Assembly (NCBI GenBank): GCA_963753285.1
Contig: CAVWBT010000011.1
Location: forward strand, 69,354 to 133,353
Source: an uncultured bacterium
GTDB taxonomy: Bacteria > Actinomycetota > Acidimicrobiia > Spongiisociales > ZC4RG35
Reading direction: 5' to 3'
DNA length: 64,000 nucleotides
Below, piece by piece: positions 58,222 through 64,000 of the stretch. Each line of letters starts with the position of its first letter. Positions within the stretch are counted from its first letter, which is position 1. The notes under the pieces are model-generated. The model saw only the letters and a list, made by a program, of their open reading frames with translations. It ran no database searches and was not told the origin of the DNA. The position numbers and the translations under genes were made by a program.

Positions 58222-58581
58222 ATGCCCAAGTACGCAGCACTCATCTATTCGGTCGAGGGGGAGGCCACCCCTGAGGAGTGGGCGGCCGTGATGGCCGAGT
58301 ACAACGAGTTCGGTGAGAAGGCCGGCGCCGCCGGTGTCGTCGTAGGTGGTGAGGCACTCGAGGACACCCACACCGCCACCACCGTGCACGTCGAGGCCAA
58401 GGGCGGCCAGATCCACACGACCGACGGCCCGTTCGCCGAGACGAAGGAAGCACTCGGCGGGTTCTATCTGCTCGACTGCAAGGACCTCGACGAGGCGATC
58501 CACTGGGCTGCTCAGATTCCAGGCGCATGGCACGGTCGTGTCGAGGTGCGTCCGCTGATCGACTTCAGTCAGGACGGATGA
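58222..58581 (+). CDS. YciI-family (DGPF domain) protein
   Basis: MPKYAALIYS...DGPFAETKEALGGFYLLDCKDLDEAI. GAAAGGAGA RBS. Confidence 0.75.
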   Translation: MPKYAALIYSVEGEATPEEWAAVMAEYNEFGEKAGAAGVVVGGEALEDTHTATTVHVEAKGGQIHTTDGPFAETKEALGGFYLLDCKDLDEAIHWAAQIPGAWHGRVEVRPLIDFSQDG

Positions 58582-59777
58582 CCCTCGACGAGGTCCTCCG
58601 CCTCGAGGGTGGCCAGGTTCTGGCCACCCTCGTCCGGCTGACCAGGGACATCGGCATTGCCGAAGACGCCCTCCAGGAGGCAGTCATCACCGCCCACGCC
58701 CGGTGGACCGACGACGACATGCCCGACAACCCCGCCGCCTGGTTGACCACGACCGCGCGCAACAAGGCACTCGACCGGATTCGGCGCGAGGCCAGGCGGT
58801 CCGAGAAGGAACGGGAAGCGGTGGCGCTGCTCGACCAACAACTCTCAGAGGAGCCGAACGAACCGACCGACCTCCTTCGTCTTCTGTTCACCTGTTGTCA
58901 TCCTGCGCTTGCACAGGAGGCGCAGATCGCGCTCGCGCTCCGAACGCTGTGCGGTATGACCACCACCGAGATCGCCGCGGCGTTTCTCGTGCAGGATGCC
59001 ACGATGGGGCAGCGCATCAGCCGGGCGAAGAAGAAGATCGCCACCGCACAGATCCCCTACAGGGTTCCAGACGATCACGAACTGCCCGATCGGCTGCCCG
59101 CCGTTCTCCAGGTGCTCTACCTCGTGTTCACGACCGGACACCATGCCATCGAGGGCTCGCTCGACTCGCGGGTCGATCTCGCAACCGAGGCGATCCGCCT
59201 GTGCCGGATGCTGGCCGAGCTCATGCCGGACGAGCCCGAAGTCAGTGGACTGCTGGCGTTGATGCTCGCCACACACGCCCGGAGCCATGCTCGGCTGGCG
59301 CCGGATGGCTCGATCATCCTGCTCGCCGACCAGGACCGAACCCTGTGGGATCGGACGATGATCGACGAGGCGTCCGTGTTGGTCGAGGGTTCGCTGCGCC
59401 AATGGGCGGCGGGCGAGTATCGGATCCAGGCTGCGATCGCCACTCTCCACGGGCTCGCCCCGAGCTACGCCGAGACCGACTTCGAACAGATCGCTGAGCT
59501 CTACCGGCTGCTCGAAGCGGTCAAGCCGACACCCGTCGTCCGTGTGAACCGGGCGGTCGCCGAAGCCCAGGTCGCCGGGCCTCAGCGGGGCCTCGAGCTG
59601 CTCGAGGGTGTCGAAGGGCTCGACGCCTGGCACCTGTTCTGGGCGACGAAAGCCGACTTCCACCGGCGGCTCGACGAGAAGGAGGCTGCTGCCGCGGCGT
59701 ACCGGCGCGCCCTCGAATGCCAGATGAACCAGACCGATCGAGCGTTCCTCGAGGACCGCCTCGCCTCCGTCGTTTGA
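58578..59777 (+). CDS. RNA polymerase ECF-type sigma factor with a long C-terminal domain (ECF41/SigJ-like)
   Basis: Sigma region 2 and region 4 (MTTTEIAAAFLVQDATMGQRISRAKKKI), then an SnoaL-like/DUF6596-like C-terminal extension. The ATG overlaps the YciI stop (ATGA). Confidence 0.75.
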   Translation: MTLDEVLRLEGGQVLATLVRLTRDIGIAEDALQEAVITAHARWTDDDMPDNPAAWLTTTARNKALDRIRREARRSEKEREAVALLDQQLSEEPNEPTDLLRLLFTCCHPALAQEAQIALALRTLCGMTTTEIAAAFLVQDATMGQRISRAKKKIATAQIPYRVPDDHELPDRLPAVLQVLYLVFTTGHHAIEGSLDSRVDLATEAIRLCRMLAELMPDEPEVSGLLALMLATHARSHARLAPDGSIILLADQDRTLWDRTMIDEASVLVEGSLRQWAAGEYRIQAAIATLHGLAPSYAETDFEQIAELYRLLEAVKPTPVVRVNRAVAEAQVAGPQRGLELLEGVEGLDAWHLFWATKADFHRRLDEKEAAAAAYRRALECQMNQTDRAFLEDRLASVV

Positions 59778-59974
59778 GGAACCAGCTTGCGGCCGGCCCG
59801 CTCTTTGAGTGCGGGCGCCAAAGAACGCCATTCACGGGCCGCCGGAGATAGCGACCGGTCACTGGCGAGCTGTATGTCTGGGCGGACCGCTGCATTGGCC
59901 GACCTCATGGAAGGGAGTCGGCTCGCGCCTCGTGTGGCCAGGAGCCAAGAGCCAGCGGCCAACAGCCAATCCCG

Positions 59975-61624
59975 TCAGAGGGCTTCTGCGGTGAGCTCGT
60001 TCTCGTGGGAGGCCAATTGCGAGGCCAGTTCCTCATCAGTCCATCCGAGCTCCCGCTGCATGATCGACGCGATCTCGGGGGCGTCGATCCGGGCGTGATC
60101 CCTGGTGAACCAGGCGAGGTGGGTCCGTCGGAGCGTGATGTCGCTGATGCGGCTGGCTGCCTCGTAACGAACCGCATAGGCCACGTCGGCGCGTGACGTT
60201 CGCCCATCTCCCAGAGGTTTGGCGAGATCGGGATCCTCGTCCATCAGGTTCGCCAGCGTCATGACCTCGGTCCCGTACCGGGTGATGCTCGGTGCGATCA
60301 CCGAATCCGTGGCGCCGGCCTCCCGCAATCGCCGTTCGAGCGCCGGCACCGATCCGTTGGCGCCGACGAGGGTGACCTCATCGGTCGAGGACTTCACCTC
60401 GAGATCGAGATGGCCGGCCACGACGTCAGCTGCCTCGGCAGCGATCTTCCGATACGTGGTCAGCTTTCCGCCTGCGACCTGCACCAGTCCGGGGACGGGC
60501 TCACCGACGACATGGCCTCGTGACGCCTTGGCGGTCGATTCGCCGGCCGGGTCGGCGAGCGCACGCAGGCCGGCGAAACTCGAGATCGGCTCGAAGTCCG
60601 GCACGTCCAGATAGCGGCGCACGTGGCGGATGAGGTAGGCGGTGTCATCGTCGGAGGCCGTCGGGTGGGTCGGGTCCTCGGTGTATTCGGTGTCGGTGGT
60701 GCCGATCATCGAGTGGCCGAGCCACGGGACGATGAACAGGACGCGCCCGTCGTCAGTGGTCGGGAGCACGAGCGCCCTCCCGCCCAGTGGGAGGTCGTCC
60801 TTGGCGACCATCAGGTGGGTGCCCTTGCTCGCCACGAGCTTCATCGGCTTGGCCGGCCCGTCGATTCCGGGGAGCTGGAAGGCGCCCGTTGCGGCGATCA
60901 CCGTCGTCGCTTCGATCGTGAAGGCGTCACCGGTTGCGATGTCTTCGACGTCGATCGAGAACCGCCCGTCGTGGGGGTGGACCATCACGACCTTGATGCC
61001 GCTGGCGGCGGTTGCGCCGTAGCGGCGGACCGCCGTCTTGAGCAAGGTGACGACGAGGCGGGCGTCGTCGGTCTGTGCGTCGGAGTACACGACGCCGCTC
61101 TTCAATCCCTCGGTCCGCAGATCGGGCATCATCCCGATCAACGTCTCGACATCGACACCGCGGTGACGGTCGCCGGGGCGACCGAAGCCACCGAGAACGT
61201 CGTAGAGGGTCAACCCGGCACGGAGGGCGATCGGGGCGATCCAGCCCTTCGACGCCCACTTCGGTGCGTCGGCGAGCCCGTACTGCTCGTAGATCGGGAT
61301 CACGAACTCGAGCGGGTCGTACAGGAAGTCGGCGATGTGATTGAGGATCTTCTGTTCGCGCAGGCCCTCGGACACGAGGTGGAACTCGAAGTGGGGCAGA
61401 TATCGAATGCCACCATGGAACAGCTTCGTAGAGCGCGAAGAGGTCCCCTGGGCGAAATCGGACTGTTCGACGAGCCCGACGTCAACACCTCGAACCGACA
61501 GATCGAGGGCTGCTCCTGCGCCGATGATCCCGCCTCCGATGATCAGCGTGTCGAAGCGCCCGTGAGACTTCAGGCGTTGGACGTGGTCGGCCCGATTCCA
61601 GGCTGTGGTGACTGTCGTTGCCAT
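59975..61624 (-). CDS. glpD: glycerol-3-phosphate dehydrogenase (FAD-dependent)
   Basis: FAD Rossmann motif DTLIIGGGIIGAGAALDL. Full-length GlpD-like. ATG at 61624. Confidence 0.9.
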   Translation of the reverse strand: MATTVTTAWNRADHVQRLKSHGRFDTLIIGGGIIGAGAALDLSVRGVDVGLVEQSDFAQGTSSRSTKLFHGGIRYLPHFEFHLVSEGLREQKILNHIADFLYDPLEFVIPIYEQYGLADAPKWASKGWIAPIALRAGLTLYDVLGGFGRPGDRHRGVDVETLIGMMPDLRTEGLKSGVVYSDAQTDDARLVVTLLKTAVRRYGATAASGIKVVMVHPHDGRFSIDVEDIATGDAFTIEATTVIAATGAFQLPGIDGPAKPMKLVASKGTHLMVAKDDLPLGGRALVLPTTDDGRVLFIVPWLGHSMIGTTDTEYTEDPTHPTASDDDTAYLIRHVRRYLDVPDFEPISSFAGLRALADPAGESTAKASRGHVVGEPVPGLVQVAGGKLTTYRKIAAEAADVVAGHLDLEVKSSTDEVTLVGANGSVPALERRLREAGATDSVIAPSITRYGTEVMTLANLMDEDPDLAKPLGDGRTSRADVAYAVRYEAASRISDITLRRTHLAWFTRDHARIDAPEIASIMQRELGWTDEELASQLASHENELTAEAL

Positions 61625-61646
61625 GATCTGATCGTACCGATGGGAT

Positions 61647-61784
61647 GCACCCACCCAAAGCCCGGGTGCGTGTGGCGGGCGGTGTCGGGTGGGCACCCAC
61701 CCAAAGCCCGGGTGCGTGGGGCGGGCGGTGTCGGGTGGGCACCCACCCAAAGCCCGGGTGCGTGTGGCGGGCGGTGTCGGGTGG
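61647..61784. repeat. tandem repeat, 3 x 46 bp (GCACCCACCCAAAGCCCGGGTGCGTGTGGCGGGCGGTGTCGGGTGG), upstream of glpD
   Basis: Units are at 61647, 61693 and 61739. The copies differ by one nucleotide. Each unit has internal inverted symmetry (GCCCG...CGGGC). Confidence 0.85.
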
Positions 61785-61793
61785 GCACCCCAC

Positions 61794-61821
61794 ACGTCAC
61801 GTCTCACGTCTCACGTCTCAC
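61794..61821. repeat. heptanucleotide tandem repeat ACGTCAC + 3 x GTCTCAC (coding-strand sense GAGACGTG repeats), about 170 nt upstream of the glpD start
   Basis: Read directly: acgtcacgtctcacgtctcacgtctcacc. Confidence 0.8.
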
Positions 61822-61941
61822 CTGGAACCTGGACCGTAACGCCATGACCGCTGCCCTTGGGCGGTCGTCAACGTATGCTCTCAGCCAGTCAGACCGGAGC
61901 GGTGGAACATCTCGATACCCGACATCCTCGCCATCACCAGG

Positions 61942-62469
61942 GTGGTCCTGGTCCCCGCGATCATGGTGCTGGCGCGCTCGGAGGACCGGATGGACGCTGC
62001 GCTCGGCTGGGCTGCGGCGCTCTTCACGGTGGCCGCGATCACGGACTTTCTCGACGGGTATCTGGCTCGGCGCTGGCAGATCGAGTCGACTCTCGGCGCC
62101 TTTCTCGACACGACGGCCGACAAGCTGTTGGTGACCGGCTCGCTGATGGCACTCATTTCGATCGATCGTGTGTCGATCTGGGCTGCGCTGATCATCGTGA
62201 TGAGGGAGTTCATCGTCATGGCCCTGCGTGGTCTGGTGGCCCTGACCGGCGGCCTCGTCAAGCCTTCTCAGCTCGGGAAGGCCAAGGCCCTGATCCAGTT
62301 CGTCGCCATCGGGTTTGCGTTCATCCGGTTCTCGAGCCCTGTCGGTCCGCTGTTCTTCGATGAGTGGCTGATGCTCCTCGCGGTCGTCGTCACGCTCGCC
62401 AGCGGGTGGGGATACGTGCAGGCGTTCTGGGAGACGGTTCGTTCGGAGAGCGCCGGCGCTCCGGCATGA
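61942..62469 (+). CDS. pgsA: CDP-diacylglycerol--glycerol-3-phosphate 3-phosphatidyltransferase (5' boundary unresolved)
   Basis: CDP-alcohol phosphatidyltransferase motif DFLDGYLAR...AFLDTTADK. The conserved N-terminal helix (NISIPDILAITRVVLVP) is encoded in-frame at 61906-61950, upstream of the first possible start (GTG at 61942), with an in-frame stop at 61837. Confidence 0.7.
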   Translation: MVLVPAIMVLARSEDRMDAALGWAAALFTVAAITDFLDGYLARRWQIESTLGAFLDTTADKLLVTGSLMALISIDRVSIWAALIIVMREFIVMALRGLVALTGGLVKPSQLGKAKALIQFVAIGFAFIRFSSPVGPLFFDEWLMLLAVVVTLASGWGYVQAFWETVRSESAGAPA

Positions 62470-63437
62470 GGGTCGCCGTCACCGGCGGCTCGGGCGTGGT
62501 GGGCCGCGCCGTCGTCTCTCATATGGCCGAAGAGGGTTTCGACGTGGTCGCGACATCGCGCAGCGCGGCGGCGGACCGGATCCTCGCCGACCTCGGAGCC
62601 ACTCCGGTCCGCGCCGAGCTCGCCGACTACGACTCATTGGTGGCTGCTTTCAAAGGTGCAGAACGGGTGTTCCACATCGCCGGGATGAACGCCATGTGCG
62701 TGGCCGATCCGGTTCCCATGTGGGAGGCGAACATCGACGGGACCCTCGACGTTGCGGAAGCTGCGGTCGAGGCCGGGGTGTCACGCCTCGTCTACACGTC
62801 GTCGGCAGCAGTGCTGGGGGAGCGGCAGGGGACGGTCGGAGACGAGGATTCCGAACACCGCGGCTCGTTCCTCTCCCGCTACGAGGAGTCCAAGTATCTC
62901 GCCGAACGGGCACTCGTGGATCTCGATCCTGAGATCGAGATCGTGATCGTCAATCCGTCGTCGGTGCAGGGACCGGGACGTGCCACCGGCACCGGTGAGC
63001 TCATCCTCGACGTGATCAACGGGCGGTTGCGGGTCCTGGCGGACACGTCGCTTTCGATCGTCGACATCGATGACTGCGCTCGGGGGCATTTGCTCGCTGC
63101 CGAGCACGGGCAGGATCGCCGGCGATACGTGCTCAATTCGTTCACGTTCGGAACCGTCGACGCCGTCGACATGATCTCCGACGTCATCGGCAGCCGCCTG
63201 GACGTTCGGTTCGTGTCCCCGCGGCTGGTGAGGTCCGTGGCACCGCTGGCCGACTTCCTCCGATGGCTTCGCCTGCCGATTCCGTTCTGCGGCGAGATGA
63301 TCGCCACCGTCGCCCACGGCCACAGCTACGACGGGAGCAGGGCGACCAGGGAACTCGGCCTCGAGTACACCGAGCCGGGCCCGTTCATGGAACGGCTGGT
63401 CGGGTGGTTCCGCTCCGAGGGTCTCACGGATCGGTGA
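62466..63437 (+). CDS. NAD-dependent epimerase/dehydratase family (SDR) protein
   Basis: VAVTGGSGVVG Rossmann motif. The ATG overlaps the pgsA stop (ATGA). Confidence 0.8.
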   Translation: MRVAVTGGSGVVGRAVVSHMAEEGFDVVATSRSAAADRILADLGATPVRAELADYDSLVAAFKGAERVFHIAGMNAMCVADPVPMWEANIDGTLDVAEAAVEAGVSRLVYTSSAAVLGERQGTVGDEDSEHRGSFLSRYEESKYLAERALVDLDPEIEIVIVNPSSVQGPGRATGTGELILDVINGRLRVLADTSLSIVDIDDCARGHLLAAEHGQDRRRYVLNSFTFGTVDAVDMISDVIGSRLDVRFVSPRLVRSVAPLADFLRWLRLPIPFCGEMIATVAHGHSYDGSRATRELGLEYTEPGPFMERLVGWFRSEGLTDR

Positions 63438-63455
63438 CACCGGTTCTGCGTCTGT

Positions 63456-64000
63456 TCAGTCTCGCTGGAGTTTCGAGAGCAGGCGCAGGAACTCGAGGTA
63501 CAGCCAGACGATCGTGACCATCAGCCCGAACGCGGCGTACCAGTTCATGTAGCCGGGGGCGCGTCCCTTGACGCCGCGTTCGATGAGGTCGAAGTCGAGC
63601 AGCAGGTTGAAGGCGGCGATCCCGATCACGAGCAGGCTGAACCCGATGCCGAGCAGCCCGGCGTCCCAGATCAAGGGCACGCCGATGTCGAAGAAGGACA
63701 GTCCGAAGCTGATCAGATAGAAGGCGAAGACCGCCAGGGTCGCTCCGGTCACGACCGATCGCAGGCGGTCGGTCACGCGGATGGTCCGCGTGACATACAG
63801 CACCGCCATCACGAACGTGGTGACCGTCGTGGCGAGGATGGCCTGGACGATGAGGCCGTCGAATGCGGTCTCGTACAACCGTGAGACGACACCGACGATC
63901 GCACCCTCGACCACCGCATACACCGGGCCGATGAACGGAGCCCAAGTCGGCTTGAGGCTCCCGGCGATCACGGCGATGATCGCGACCACGAAGGCGCCGA
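63456..64000 (-). CDS. Bax inhibitor-1/YccA family membrane protein (partial; the N-terminus lies beyond the window end)
   Basis: C-terminal 177 aa with multiple TM helices and a charged C-terminal tail typical of BI-1/YccA. Confidence 0.65.
   Translation of the reverse strand, partial: GAFVVAIIAVIAGSLKPTWAPFIGPVYAVVEGAIVGVVSRLYETAFDGLIVQAILATTVTTFVMAVLYVTRTIRVTDRLRSVVTGATLAVFAFYLISFGLSFFDIGVPLIWDAGLLGIGFSLLVIGIAAFNLLLDFDLIERGVKGRAPGYMNWYAAFGLMVTIVWLYLEFLRLLSKLQRD

Noticed and set aside
61647-61821. Possible CRISPR array (regular repeats).
   Set aside because: The 46-bp units are directly abutting with no unique spacers. The array is immediately followed by heptad repeats. There are no cas genes nearby.

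Overview
This is a high-GC (about 68-70%) actinobacterial-type chromosomal segment, densely coding, with about 60 genes on both strands. Every functional call below comes from reading the supplied ORF translations and the raw sequence for known motifs; no database search was run, so all names are family-level inferences.

Housekeeping and metabolic genes recognised:
- sugar ABC transporter substrate-binding protein and permease
- homocysteine S-methyltransferase
- PabB-PabC fusion
- two Gfo/Idh/MocA oxidoreductases
- metG-ydbS-ydbT operon
- fhs, rplY-pth, glpK, glpD, pgsA, pgl
- the nickel superoxide dismutase gene sodN with its maturation peptidase sodX
- an ECF-type sigma factor with a YciI partner

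Most notable loci:
1. A tandem array of four paralogous 7-TM membrane-protein genes (33051-38074) of unknown family. Two are intact and two have decayed. They share a conserved leader and have hypervariable N-termini.
2. A bacterial microcompartment operon (38214-43952) of the sugar-phosphate-utilisation (DeoC/RpiB/acylating aldehyde dehydrogenase) type. It has three BMC-P, two BMC-T and one BMC-H shell genes. DeoC and RpiB carry N-terminal extensions that look like encapsulation peptides.
3. A selenocysteine-containing formate dehydrogenase. It has an in-frame TGA at 20615-20617 followed by a SECIS-like hairpin. Its Fe-S N-terminal module is encoded as a separate gene downstream of a NuoE-NuoF fusion gene, and the catalytic gene carries two single-base frameshifts.
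4. A tadE / tadG-like / tadE trio.
5. Several families of short repeats: heptanucleotide ACGTG-core tandem repeats in leaders, a 46-bp x3 tandem repeat, and two dispersed GC-rich palindromic (REP-like) families. One of the latter flanks an SLH-domain surface-protein gene in inverted orientation.

Two conserved genes (pth, pgsA) lack an in-frame canonical start codon for their conserved N-termini. Together with the fdhA frameshifts this suggests either indel errors in the assembly or genuine pseudogenisation.

No rRNA, tRNA, CRISPR array, IS element or prophage was recognised.
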